From assembly GCA_964016885.1 (NCBI GenBank), contig OZ024743.1, positions 3,720,001 to 3,784,000 on the forward strand: a DNA stretch of 64,000 nt. The letters run 5' to 3'. Positions 1-13,633 of this stretch are shown here, piece by piece (the first letter of the stretch is position 1; each line of letters begins with the position of its first letter). The notes beneath the pieces were generated by a model. It did not search any database and was not told the origin of the DNA. It was given only the letters and a program-made list of their open reading frames with translations. A program made the position numbers and the translations under genes. Origin of the DNA: Eledone cirrhosa (Eukaryota).

Positions 1-149
1 ATGCCGTGTTTTGTAGTGAAATAACCTTTCTTTAATTATCATCACTTTGTCACGCAGTGAAGATGATTTTATTCACCGGAGTATTTAGTCCTCTGTCAAG
101 TCACAACAAAGACTTTAGACAGGTAATATTTTCCTTAAAATATGAGCAG

Positions 150-500
150 TATCTTGCAAGACTGATTTGCATAGGACACCAATCTTGCAGAGCATACCAA
201 ACCGCTTTAAAGAGTCTCGAAGTTTCAATGGAATTGATCCTAATGCCTCGATCCAACTTGTATCACTTTCTCATTACATTCTAGCATTCGAATCAATCTT
301 GTCATCTCCACTTTCAATTCGGAATAGTTGGTGATTTTTTCAATCTCCTTACTTGCAACATTCGTGTCATTTGGTATAGCTACGTTAATGAGTAGCATTT
401 GTCTTCCTTGTTCAATACGACAATGTTCGGTCGATTAATTTTTCTACTATCGGATCCGACTGTGCCAACCGCATCTTGAAGTTCGTCCCGCAGCCTTCGT
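150..500 (-). mobile_element. Decayed R4/Dong-clade LINE fragment (restriction-like endonuclease region)
   Basis: Minus-strand translation gives RPNIVV...MLLINVAIPNDTNVASKEIEKITNYSELKVEM, matching the RPDIVV..IDVAIP.D.N..KE.EK..KY motif of RLE LINEs; contains frameshifts. Confidence 0.65.
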
Positions 501-504
501 ATGA

Positions 505-973
505 CCTGGAAAGTGCAAGCAGATATTTCCTTGTTATGTTGAAAGAGGTTGTGTGGTGGATGAGGATGAAAAGACTGAAGAGAGATACACCCTTCTTCTA
601 TTTTTTTTTTTCATGTTCCGTTTGGCAAAGAAGGTGAGGATGGAGAGAGAAGTGCTGACCTCACTCAATATATTTGTTAAAAGGTGGGTGAATGTTGCGA
701 AAATAATCCGCGTAATGGGTCTGGTCTGAGCTTGGACCTGTGGGCTAGAGAGAATAGAGAGAAGAGGGGTGCTTGCTAAAGGTGCACTTGTTGATCAGGG
801 TAATTCTAGATCTGTGGGGTGTTTTTTTTTCCTTATTTGGGAATTCTCTTATAAATTTGTTGTTATTTGTTACCTGTTTTCTTTCTCTGTTTACAAGTCA
901 ATATGTAAATCTCCACTGTAAGTTTATAGGATTGTCATCAATGTTTTTAGCCCCAGTGGTCAATAAATAAATA
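505..973 (+). mobile_element. 3' fragment of a Tx1-clade LINE (ORF2 C-terminus plus 3' UTR)
   Basis: gttgaaagaggttgtgtggtgg... matches the element at about 59565-59780; ends in aataaataaata. Confidence 0.75.
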
Positions 974-999
974 ATTAATATGATTATTATCTAATCTAT

Positions 1000-1170
1000 A
1001 TAGTTATGGCTCTTTACGTTCTGAGTTCAAATCCCGCCGTGGTTAGTTTTGCCTTTCATACTTATGAGATCAATAAAATAAAATACCAGTAATACACTGG
1101 ATTGATTTCATCGACTTTCCCCTCCTCCAAAATTGCCGGCCTTGTGCCTAAACCAAACACCATTATTATC
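1000..1170 (+). mobile_element. tRNA-derived SINE family A, 5'-truncated
   Basis: B box gagttcaaatcc, central gcctttcat..gataaaataaagtaccag-like core, tail ggccttgtgcc..cattattat; TSD attattatctaatctat on both sides. Confidence 0.85.
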
Positions 1171-1686
1171 TAATCTATTTTCCTGTCTTCCCAGGTGGCG
1201 GGCGACAAAGTCATTTCGAGTTGTATCAACGGCTGCAGCAACGATAGTGAGAGAGACTGCAACAAGTCGAATGAAGATGTAAGAGGAACAAATAACTCAG
1301 GGAACTCGTACGGAACGAGGATAAACATTTGCTCCAGCCGTGATCCCGGTTGTAATGAAAAATTCTGAACAGTTTAAGGTGCATACCTGTCAACTCTACC
1401 TGTCGGACGGGGAAATCTCCCACCCACTTTGGGGTGGGTGAGAGATGTCTTCCCTTGTGAAAATGGGTATAGCTTTCACTATGTAAAATCTCCCCATTTT
1501 GCCTCATTTCTACCCGTTTTGGGGCACTTTTTTTCATGGTACTCCTCGTTTGGGTTTTTAGAGGTTGGCAGGTCTGAAGGTGGCATATGCGTTAAACGCC
1601 AGCGGATAGAAAATATTAATTATACGTTAAGTACGTAATTAATTATTTAAATAAAATGAATAAATTTCCAACAGTTCATTATTTAT

Positions 1687-1830
1687 GTGGATTGAGAGTA
1701 TCGGTAGACGGTCGGACGCCATGCTTTGCAGCATAGAGTTACGGGCCTTTACGGTTTGAGTTCAAATTCCGCCAGGTTAATTTTGCCTTTCATCCTTACG
1801 GGGGTCGATAAAATAAAGTACCAGTAATAC
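1687..1830 (+). mobile_element. SINE family A
   Basis: A-box-like head, B box and core gcctttcatccttacgggggtcgataaaataaagtaccag. Confidence 0.85.
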
Positions 1831-1979
1831 CCAAAATCGTAGTTGATTGTTAAATACTTAGCCTGACCATTTGATAATTTCACCTGTAGAAAGATATACA
1901 CGGTTTTATCCAGTCAAACAAAAAACCCTCTTCACCCCCCCCCCCTCTTCCCTTCCTCCTCATCATCCTACACGAACAA

Positions 1980-2036
1980 CAGCTACTACTACTACTACTA
2001 CTGCTACTACTGCTACTACTACTACCACCACTGCTG

Positions 2037-2097
<61 letters not shown>

Positions 2098-2149
2098 ACC
2101 ACGGCTGCTGCTGCTGCTGCTACTACTACTACTACTACCACTGCTGCTG

Positions 2150-2207
<58 letters not shown>

Positions 2208-2282
2208 ACCACGGCTGCTGCTGCTGCTGCTACTACTACCACCACCACCACCACCACCACCACCACCACCACCACCACCACC

Positions 2283-2333
<51 letters not shown>

Positions 2334-2361
2334 GCTACTACTACTACCACCACTGCTGCTG

Positions 2362-2416
<55 letters not shown>

Positions 2417-2438
2417 ACCACGGCTGCTGCTGCTGCTG

Positions 2439-2493
<55 letters not shown>

Positions 2494-2568
2494 CATCACC
2501 ACCACCACCACCACCACGAAGACACTACTACTACAACTACTATTACTACTACAACTACCACCACCACT

Positions 2569-2621
<53 letters not shown>

Positions 2622-2693
2622 CATCACCACCACCACCACCACCACGAAGACACTACTACTACAACTACTATTACTACTACAACTACCACCACC

Positions 2694-2765
<72 letters not shown>
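1980..2765. repeat. Compound (CTA)/(CCA)/(CTG) trinucleotide microsatellite with internal higher-order duplication
   Basis: Direct inspection; the block containing accacgaagacactactactacaac occurs twice (about 2490-2620 and 2620-2760). Confidence 0.95.
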
Positions 2766-2766
<1 letters not shown>

Positions 2767-2767
2767 A

Positions 2768-3072
2768 ACTGGCACTCCATCGGTTGCGACGACGAGTGTT
2801 CCTTTTGATAGAATCGACGGAACAACTTGCTCGGGAAATTAATATCTAAGTGGCTGAGCAGTCCACAATCACACGTACCATTAACGTAGTTCTCAGGGAG
2901 ATTTAGCGTGACAGAGAATGTGACAAGGTTGGCCCTTCGATCTACAGGTGCAACTCTTTTTTGCCAGGTGAGTGGACTGAAGCAACGTGAAATGAAGTGT
3001 CTTGCTCAAGGACATAATGCACCGCAGGGAATCGATCGTGAGCTGAATACCCTAACCGCTAAGCCACGTGCC
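2768..3072 (-). mobile_element. tRNA-derived SINE family B with CORE-like segment
   Basis: Reverse complement starts ggcacgtggcttagcggttaggg (A box) and contains ttgagcaagacacttcatttcacgttgc; homologous to 31781-32080. Confidence 0.75.
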
Positions 3073-3271
3073 TTCTTCTTCTTCTTCTTCTTCTTCTTCT
3101 TCTTCTTCTTCTTCTTCTTCTTCTTCTACTACTGCTACTACTGCTACTGCTACTACTGCTACTACTGCTACCACCACTGCTGCTGCTGCTGCTACTACTA
3201 CTACTGCTGCTGCTGCTGCTACCACCACCGCCACCACCACCACCACCACCACCACCACCACCACCACCACC

Positions 3272-3329
<58 letters not shown>

Positions 3330-3340
3330 ATACTACTACT
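3072..3340. repeat. (CTT)n/(CTA)n/(CTG)n/(CCA)n compound microsatellite
   Basis: Direct inspection. Confidence 0.95.
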
Positions 3341-3440
3341 AAAGAGAAAACAGCATCACAATCATCATTATCGTAATTATCACAATCACTATCTTCTCCC
3401 CCTTAACCACAAGAAACAATAGTGGTAGTAAGAGCAACAG

Positions 3441-3495
<55 letters not shown>

Positions 3496-3635
3496 TGTAA
3501 CAACAATAAGAACGACAGCAGCAGAAGAAGTAACAATACCAGTAGCATTAACACGAAAGGGGGTGCAACTGCCAACAGCAGAGCTACATGACAAAAGCAA
3601 TTACAATTATAATGAAAAATGGAGCTGCTGCTGCT

Positions 3636-3667
<32 letters not shown>

Positions 3668-3711
3668 GATCATTGTTTCGTCGTCAACACAAACAACATC
3701 ATTATTATCAC

Positions 3712-4140
3712 AATTGGCAGTATCGGTAGAGGGTCGGACGCCATGCTTTGACGCATAGAGTTACGGCCCTTGCCATTCTGAGTTCAAATCCAGCCGAGGT
3801 TAACTTTGCCTTTCAGCCTTACGGGGTCGATAAAATAAAGTACCAGTAATGCACTGGTATAATTGCTGGCCTTGTGCCTAAAGTAGAAACAATTATTATC
3901 ACAGCATCATAGCACCATAGGGCGGTCGATTGGCAGTATTGGTAGAGAGTCGGACGCCATGCTTTGCAGCATAGAGTTACGGCCCTATATAGTCTGGGTT
4001 CAAATCCCTTTGAGGTTAACTTTGCCTTCCATACTTACGGGGTCGATAAAATAAAGTACCAGTAACGTACTGGGGTCGATTTAATCGACTTTTCCCTTCC
4101 CCCAAATTACTGACCTTGTGCCTATACTAGAAACCATTAT
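3712..4140 (+). mobile_element. Two head-to-tail SINE family A copies (3712-3899, 3920-4140)
   Basis: Both have head, B box, core and (ATT) tail. Confidence 0.9.
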
Positions 4141-4142
4141 CA

Positions 4143-5132
4143 CGTCATCATCATCACCACCACCACCATCATCATCAGCATCATCATCATCAACATCATC
4201 ATCATCATCACCACCATCATCATCATCATCATCAACATCATCATCAGCATCACCACCATCATCATCATCAACATCATCACCATCACCACCACCATCATCA
4301 TCAGCATCATCACCATCATCATCATCATCATCATCATCAATATCATCATCACCACCACCACCATCACCATCATCACCATCACCACCATCACCATCATCAT
4401 CATCATTATCACCATCATCACCGTCAACATCATCACCATCCTCACCACCACCACCACCACCACCATCATCATCATCACCATCACCACCATCATCATCATC
4501 ATCATCAACATCATCATCATCATCACCACCATCATCATCACCATCCTCACCACCACCACCACCACCATCATCAGCATCATCACCATCACCATCACCATCA
4601 TCATCAATATCATCATCACCATCACCATCATCACCATCACCATCATCAGCATCATCACCATCACCATCATCACCATCACCACCATCACCATCATCATCAT
4701 CATTATCACCATCATCACCGTCAACATCATCACCATCCTCACCACCACCACCACCACCACCACCACCACCATCACCATCACCACCACCACCACCACGACC
4801 AGCAACAACAACGGCAGCACCAGCAACAACAACAGCAGCAGCAGCAACAACAACAGCAGCACCAGCAACAACAACAGCAGCACCAGCAACAACAGCAGCA
4901 CCAGTAACAACAACAGCAGCACCAGCAACAACAGCAGCAACAACAACAACAGCAGCACCAGCAACAACAACACCAGCAACAACAACAGCAGCACCAGCAA
5001 CAACAACAGCAGCACCAGCAACAACAACAGCAGCACCAGCAACAACAACAACAGCAGCAGCAGCAACAACAACAGCAGCACCAGCAACAACAACAGCAGC
5101 ACCAGCAACAACAGCAGCACCAGCACCAGCAA

Positions 5133-5167
<35 letters not shown>

Positions 5168-5300
5168 CCAGCAACAACAGCACCAGCAACAACAACAGCA
5201 GCACCAGCAACAACAACAGCAGCACCAGCAACAACAACAACAGCAGCAGCAGCAACAACAACAGCAGCACCAGCAACAACAGCAGCACCAGCACCAGCAA

Positions 5301-5335
<35 letters not shown>

Positions 5336-5489
5336 CCAGCAACAACAGCACCAGCAACAACAACAGCAGCACCAGCAACAACAACAGCAGCACCAGCAAC
5401 AACAACAACAGCAGCAGCAGCAACAACAACAGCAGCAGCAGCAACAACAACAGCAGCACCAGCAACAACAGCAGCACCAGCACCAGCAA

Positions 5490-5524
<35 letters not shown>

Positions 5525-5657
5525 CCAGCAACAACAGCAGCAACAACAACAACAGCAGCACCAGCAACAACAACAACAGCAGCAGCAGCAACAACAACAG
5601 CAGCAGCAGCAACAACAACAGCAGCACCAGCAACAACAGCAGCACCAGCACCAGCAA

Positions 5658-5692
<35 letters not shown>

Positions 5693-5696
5693 CCAG

Positions 5697-5746
<50 letters not shown>

Positions 5747-5750
5747 CCAG

Positions 5751-5782
<32 letters not shown>

Positions 5783-5810
5783 CCAGCAACAACAACAACA
5801 GCAGCAACAG
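4143..5810. repeat. 1.7-kb cryptic (CAN)n trinucleotide array: CAT/CAC block followed by CAA/CAG/CAC block
   Basis: Direct inspection; internal duplicated blocks. Confidence 0.95.
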
Positions 5811-5932
5811 TTGCAGTAATATGAGTAGCAATAACAATAGCAACAGTTGCCGTAGCAAGAAAGTGCGTTGCTACCATTAATATCAACAGTAAGAGACGAC
5901 GTCGTCGTCGTCTCTTACTGTTGATATTAATG

Positions 5933-5987
<55 letters not shown>

Positions 5988-6006
5988 GCGACGGCGGCGA
6001 CGGCGG

Positions 6007-6052
<46 letters not shown>

Positions 6053-6094
6053 TCAGTACACAAGAGTCATGGTACCAGAAAACAGCATCATCAA

Positions 6095-6286
6095 CAATAA
6101 TTGTTTCTACTTTAGGCACAAGGCTAGCAATTATCCCAGTGTATTACTGGTACTTTATTTTATCGATCCCGTAAGGATGAAAGGCAAAGTCAACCTCGGC
6201 GGGATTTGAACTCAGACCGTAAAGGGATGTAACTATGCCGGAACGCATGGCGTCCGACCCTCTACCGATACTGCCAATCCACCGTC
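6095..6286 (-). mobile_element. SINE family A
   Basis: Reverse complement of the full SINE consensus seen elsewhere in the window. Confidence 0.9.
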
Positions 6287-6407
6287 AAGTATAATAATAG
6301 TTGCTGTTTGTTTACCTATTGTTTCTTTATGATTTACAGCTTTGTTACTGAACAAGGACACAAGTAAATACCAACATCAACCACACACACATACACATAC
6401 ACTTACA

Positions 6408-6442
<35 letters not shown>

Positions 6443-6504
6443 GCACGCACACACACACACAAATATTTAAGATTTATTTGCTTTTATTATGTATCAATAA
6501 GTAG

Positions 6505-7089
6505 GGGCGGTGGATTGGCAGTATTGGTAGAGGGTCGGAGGCTATGCTAGGGCGATGGATTGGCAGTATTAGTAGAGGGTCGGAGGCTATGCTAGGGCGG
6601 TGGATTGGCAGTATTAGTAGAGGGTCGGAGGCTATGCTAGGGCGGTGGATTGGCAGTATTGGTAGAGGGTCGGAGGCTATGCTAGGGCGATGGATTGGCA
6701 GTATTAGTAGAGGGTCGGAGGCTATGCTAGGGCGGTGGATTGGCAGTATTGGTAGAGGGTCGGAGGCTATGCTAGGGCGGTGGATTGGCAGTATTGGTAG
6801 AGGGTCGGAGGCTATGCTAGGGCGGTGGATTGGCAGTATTGGTAGAGGGTCGGAGGCTATGCTAGGGCGGTGGATTGGCAGTATTGGTAAAGGGTCGGAG
6901 GCTATGCTAGGGCGGTGGATTGGCAGTATTGATAGAGTTACGCTCTTTTACAGTCTGAGTTCAAATCCCGCCGCGTGTTAACTTTGCTTTCATCAATACG
7001 GGGTCGATAAAATATAGCAGCAGCAACGTACTGGAGTCTATTTAATGCCCCCCCCCTACTGTCCTTGTGCCTATATTAGAAATCATTAT
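6505..7089 (+). mobile_element. SINE family A with its 45-bp head tandemly amplified (9 full units plus a partial unit)
   Basis: Unit gggcggtggattggcagtattggtagagggtcggaggctatgcta from 6505, then B box, core and tail; TSD attatgtatcaataagt. Confidence 0.92.
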
Positions 7090-7199
7090 GTATCAATAAG
7101 TCGTCAAATAAATCTAGTAAATTACTGTTGGAGTCGGGAGAATGTTCGACAGAGACCTCTGCGGGGATGGAAACACACCTTTGAAGTATGTCGGACAGA

Positions 7200-7620
7200 T
7201 ACGATAACCGCAGCATGCTTTTTATACATAAACATATCGTATATGCTTTCATATGCAACTCTATGTTAGTGCCACTGCTAATTAATTCAAGCTAGTCAAG
7301 CTCCCATTATATGCAAATGAGCATCACCGGCAGAGGTTTTATATGCAAAATGTATATAAGTATATAAGCCAAAGATATTTCGTGTCTCAGTACCGAGTAT
7401 ATAAACAGCATTGATAAAAATCCTGAAACCTTAGCTTGTGACCTTCTCACACGTGCACTGGAATAACTGGGACATAATCCCAGCTTAAAACATTCGTATC
7501 GAACTCATATATGTTTATTATACATAAACATATCCTATACGCCTTCCTATACACCTCTATTATGAATCACAGTATATTAGTGTTACTGCTAATATATAAA
7601 AGCACTCCTTATACCGCCAC
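7200..7620. repeat. Dispersed repeat related to 60640-61230 (possible MITE remnant)
   Basis: atatgcaaatgagcatcaccgg and tataaacatat motifs match 60685-61200, partly in inverted orientation. Confidence 0.5.
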
Positions 7621-7867
7621 TGATATTTTCTTGCAAGGGAAACGACACAAATCAAAACCAAGGATAAAATAGTTTCAATGATATAAACGCATCTTTATCT
7701 TGACACCAATCAAATACTAAAAATTCCTCTAATATTAAACACTGTAATATATGAGTGCTTTATCTACAGCAATGAAATGAATAAATCAAATACGATTACT
7801 TAAACATACCAACGGTTTGTTGTGCATCCTTATTCTTGTGGAAGTTTTATCTGATTATTAACATGGC

Positions 7868-7986
7868 TGCTTTCATCCTTACGAGGTCGATAAAATGAAG
7901 TACCAGTAACGCACTTGGGTCGATTTAATCGACTTTTCTCCTCCCCAAAATTGTTGGCCATGTACCTAAATCAGAAACTATTATTA
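7868..7986 (+). mobile_element. SINE family A, 3' part
   Basis: Core ctttcatccttacgaggtcgataaaatgaagtaccag and tail. Confidence 0.8.
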
Positions 7987-8329
7987 ATCTGTTTGCACCC
8001 GAACTTCTCTTTCCCTCGGGAAAGTTTTATTGAAAAACTGGGAAACCTCAGGGAAATTTTAGTTGTTAAAATTCGTGATGATTCAACATTCTCACTCTCA
8101 TTAGCTTCGTCTTTTATGGCATAGGGCTGTTCGATTTCAATAAATTTATCATTTGATATTTCTGTATCCTAATGCCGAGTGAGTCGAGATAAAAAGGTGA
8201 AACTTTGGACCAATTGAAGGGTGGACATCTATTGTACACAAAAGGAACTGAAAGCAACAATCAGTGAGATGTAGTGTTCATCTTGAATATAGAAATAACA
8301 TCAAATGTAATTAGTTGTAATAACACCTC

Positions 8330-9845
8330 CTCTAAAAATGCACACAGTATTATTAAGCTGCCAAAAAGATGTGTATAATGCAGCATCTGCCAGATGAAGT
8401 GGTCAACGCTATGCATGAAGAAGTAAACATACTAGAAGATACAATACACAATAATGATGTTCGATCTTAATGCCAAAGTCAGATTAAAATAAAATAAAAT
8501 AGTGGAAGATTTTGGAATGACTGAGAGACGTGATAAGGACGAAAGACTGGTTGAGGTAGTGAAATAATGAATATGTTCTTTAAGAAACATTTCAACTAAA
8601 ATAACACGGAAGTGTCCAAATGTAGAAACAAAAAAATGAAATAGATTTTACAGTGAGAAATAAGCAGAGCATAGTGAAAGGTATGACAGTTTTTTACAGT
8701 GAGAAATAAGCAGAGCATAGTGAAAGGTATGACAGTTTTTTACAGTGAGAAATAAGCAGAGCATAGTGAAAGGTATGACAGTTTTTTACAGTGAGAAATA
8801 AGCAGAGCATAGTGAAAGGTATGACAGTTTTTTACAGTGAGAAATGAGCAGAGCATAGTGAAAGGTATGACAGTTTTTTACAGTGAGAAATAAGCAGAGC
8901 ATAGTGAAAGGTATGACAGTTTTTTACAGTGAGAAATAAGCAGAGCATAGTGAAAGGTATGACAGTTTTTTACAGTGAGAAATGAGCAGAGCATAGTGAA
9001 AGGTATGACAGTTTTTTACAGTGAGAAATGAGCAGAGCATAGTGAAAGGTATGACAGTTTTTTACAGTGAGAAATGAGCAGAGCATAGTGAAAGGTATGA
9101 CAGTTTTTTACAGTGAGAAATGAGCAGAGCATAGTGAAAGGTATGACAGTTTTTTACAGTTTTATACCAGAGTCTGATAAGGGCAAGATCTAATCTTAAT
9201 ATGAGACAGAAAAACAAAACAAAACAAAACAAAACAAAACAAAATAAACAACAAAAAGCAAGACAACGAAAATAATATACCAGACTAAATTCGTTAGATA
9301 AAGGAAGCCACAATTAAATGTATGGGTCCTTCAATTTATTATCAAACAAAAATATGAACAGAAAATTGAAAAAAAAAAATAGATTCGAAGAGTTAAATGA
9401 TGAAATGGAAAGCAAAATATTGATATAGAAGTGTGTAAAAGTGGTTGATATTATCAGAAACACTGCATTTAATGTAGGAAGGAGAAACATATAAACAATG
9501 GAAACAAGCAGGTTTCAGTAGGGAATTCTCAACAACAGATCATGAACCAAGTTATTCAGAATCATGGCTACTATAGAGAACCATTGTGTTTAAAATTTAT
9601 TAGTTCTGTGCATTAATATTCTAGCTAAACTTGAATGAATACAAGTCATTAAGAAAATCTATAGCTAGAATATACCACCTATAAACTTTAAACTGAAAGC
9701 GAAACGTTAAATATTGAAAGAGGAGTTAAATTAGGGGATAACCGATTACACTCTTTAATGCTGCATTGGAAGGCATCTATAAAAAGCTTAACAGGGAGAA
9801 AAAAGAAATAAACATATATGGTGAATGTTTAAGTCATTTAAACCC
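8330..9845 (+). mobile_element. Decayed RTE-clade LINE (APE endonuclease and RT remnants)
   Basis: Broken motifs DLNAKV, MNMFFKK, T.KCPNVETK.EIDF, KQAGFSREFSTTDH, RGVKLGD, GECLSHL. Confidence 0.7.
8645..9160 (+). repeat. 46-bp minisatellite, 11 units
   Basis: Unit ttttacagtgagaaat(a/g)agcagagcatagtgaaaggtatgacagtt with period 46. Confidence 0.95.
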
Positions 9846-10239
9846 TCTTCTCAACTGCTGTTCCTGAATTCGAATAAACATCAAATAAAATGAACAGCCT
9901 TAAGATAGAAAAAAAAACATGGAAGTCGAACTACGAATCTTTCACTGGCTCCAGATCATGATACAGATTACATCAAATTGAATCTGAAATTGAATCTGCA
10001 CAAATTTGTCTGTCGACATAACAAATACATGCCTTCTTTACCGGATAAGCTTAACAATCTTATCTACTCTCATGTTTCATGATAATCTCAGAAATTTTAG
10101 CTAACATGCAACCCCCAACAGATAATTTTCAGTTGTTTACGTAGTAGGATGTAGTCTGGTTTACTAATACTGATTTCTTTCGAATTTTATACTGCAGTGT
10201 TTGTAGCATTAAATGCATTAGGAATGTTTATAAATAAGG

Positions 10240-10455
10240 CTGTCTGATTTAGGTGCAAACCCAACAATGTTTTGGGGAAGGGGAAAGTCGATTAAATCAA
10301 CCCTTGTGCATTACTGGGACTTTATTTTATCGATCCTGTAAGGATGAAAGGCAAAGCTAATCTCAGCGTGATTTGAACTTATAACGTAAAGGGCGACAAC
10401 ATTATGCCGTAAAGTATGTTGTCCGATGCTCTACTGATAGTGCCAATCCATCGCC
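10240..10455 (-). mobile_element. SINE family A (diverged)
   Basis: Reverse complement of core and head. Confidence 0.8.
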
Positions 10456-10573
10456 ATTGTTTTTAAATAACTATACCTACAAAAGTGACACAAAGTCATT
10501 TTTTCAACTTTTATACATACACATGTGATTACATCGTATTCTCACACATTTCTGATATATATATATATATATA

Positions 10574-10901
10574 TGAATAAAGTTAGTCCTTCATCAGTAA
10601 TCTTCCAACCATCATTGGTATTTCATCGCTTTAAAGACCATATACCTCCGGTTGGTGCGAGCAACGGCTAAAAAAAGTCGTTGGGACACGAAAATATAGG
10701 GGACACGAGAGTGTAAACAAACAAAGATGGTGAAGCAACGAAAAGTGAGGAAGAAGCAGTCAAGTCCCAAATTTCCATGAATATAAGTTCGGTGAAATCG
10801 TGAACGAGAGAGAATAAAGACCATCATTGGTATTTCATCGCTTTAAAGACCATATACCTCTGGTTGGTGCGAGCAACGGCTAAAAAAAGTCGTTGGGACA
10901 C
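10574..10901. repeat. (TA)-flanked module with an 82-bp direct repeat (10608-10689, 10820-10901)
   Basis: Repeats differ at one base; (TA)n tracts on both sides. Confidence 0.8.
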
Positions 10902-11079
10902 ATGTATATATATATATATACGTATAAATGTATATATGAATGCGCACGTGCGTGTGTGCGTATGTATGTGTGTGTAGTGTATTTGTGTATGTACATCAAG
11001 ATTTACGTAGATGGTAATAGTAGAACGAGAGTCCTCTTTAATGAGGATCTATTGGCGTAAAGAAAGATATTATTTGACG

Positions 11080-11800
11080 ATAGCTAAGAATGAAAGATGG
11101 TATACATTCATGTCGACCATACACAATGCTAGTCCAAGAAATGGCTAAGTTATAAGAACATATTTAAATTGACAATTAATCATTCAGAAAATTATTAATA
11201 AGCCAGAAATTTTCTTTAGTTCTTGTCAAGAGATTTTGAGAAAATAGCTTCACATACTCTCAGTCAAATTTATTCTAAAATTGTAGACTAATAGTTAACG
11301 GTTGACTATGGTGAAATGTTTAGGTATATGAAAACAATGGTAACAATAAATTCTAACTCTATCAAGTGCTGATGATTAGTGGAGATTCTGAAAACAAGTT
11401 ATAATAAATCATTATTTCACAAACTATCTCAATAAAATATTATGAAAATGTTGATCGTGATTTTGGTTTTTCGAAGTATTTGTGTTCATTAGGAATTTTG
11501 TACTACTTCATCATACATCTAATCAGGTTCAAGCTTTTGCAAAAATATGTCTTAATTTGATCGAAAGATAAAATCACAAGAAATGGCTGCTCGCTATGGG
11601 AAAATGCGTCATTATAACGCTCCTTTATTCCCTAGTAGAAACATATTTCTGAAAAATTCCATACCATATATTTACATGACCATGTTAGGACCCAACTGAT
11701 TCATTTTCGTCCGGATAATTTATACAAACTTATAATTTTGCAGACGATTGCGGTAGATCATTTGCAAATTCTCAGTTAATCAGTTTTGATTTTAAGTTAT
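11080..11800 (-). mobile_element. Possible highly decayed Tc1/mariner transposase remnant
   Basis: Minus strand has traces resembling the SDE..GP..Y.W and IENL segments of Tc1 transposases; heavily broken. Confidence 0.25.
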
Positions 11801-12905
11801 ATCTGTTTCGCTTTCTTAACGTTTCGAATGCACTTGAAAAAGACTTCAATATGATCACACCCATTCCTCATATTCTGTAATTCTAAGACATCGTATAATC
11901 AATATTTTGGTTCCTCTAAAGCAGTAAACTAGTAGAATCAGCAGAGAGCAGGAAACAATGCTTGGTGGTATTTAGTTACGCTCAATTACAATATGAATCT
12001 AAATACTTTCAAGGTCGGCTTTGACTTTCATTCTTCCGGGTTCGATAAAATGAGTACTAATCGAATAATCAAATCGGTTTTGAAATTAGTTTTGCATTAA
12101 TGGTGGCAATCAATATTATGACTCTGAAAGGTGGACGAGTTAGGGTTAGAAACGGGAGACTGCTGACTAAATTTCGGGTATTGTTTGCTCACATCTTATT
12201 ACATTTTGAATTCGAACTCTGTCAGTGCTAGATATAAGTTACATTCCCCCAGAATAAGGTAATATTAATGTTTTAGGGATCAATCAAAAGATAATAACAT
12301 TTTCCTTACACTTTTACAAACTTGCGTCAGTGTACAAAATCAATATTTAGTCTTTACTAGCTTAGTACCATAAAGCAAGTGATGATTCCTTAGTAAATCA
12401 AGTTTGCGATACTGTTTCAGTTTCTTTGTAAATCTAATTCAATAACCTTATATTTCCAATAACCCTCAGAAAGAAATATTGATGCAACACAATTTCATTC
12501 CTTTCCTCTTGCATTTATGGCCTTGGGCTTATAGAAGAAATCAATACCATAGCTATTTTAAGCAAAAAAGTATTTTGGAAATGTTCCAAACAGATGTCAA
12601 ATATAATCATTTACTAAGCTCTAACATTTCTGTAAATCAAATGTAGTCCAACTTTTCACCATGTTTATATTTATAAGAAAATAAGAAAACAACTCAGGTG
12701 TATTTTTTACTTCTCCCTTCCAGTTCAATGTATATATCTATTTATTTTCCACCATATTTGTTTCCTTCACTGCAGGCATTTATACCTGAACCTGTTTGTC
12801 TCCCTTTCAATATGACATCATTAATTTGAACATGGAAATATTTAAGTTATTCTTTCGGTTAACTCTTTCCTAGTAGTTCTCTTAATGTAATTCTTCCCTA
12901 ATCCC

Positions 12906-13405
<500 letters not shown>

Positions 13406-13591
13406 TAATTGTTTCTACTTTTGGCACAAGGCCTGTAGTGTGTATTACTGGTAGTTTATTTTATCAACCTCGTAAGGATGAAAGGCAAAGTTAACCTCGG
13501 CGGGATATAATAATAAATGTGAAGACTAAAATCCAAAGAGGGCTCGATAAGGGTGAAAGCAGCGATTCTTTGCTTAAACTTTAATCTGTTA

Positions 13592-13633
<42 letters not shown>

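Noticed and set aside
1871-3751. ORFs of poly-T/L/Y/H/V/S
   Set aside because: Translations of trinucleotide microsatellites; open in several frames
6544-6981. 145-aa ORF with a 15-aa repeat
   Set aside because: By-product of the 45-bp SINE head array
8645-9160. CRISPR-like regular array
   Set aside because: No unique spacers, eukaryotic context, no cas genes
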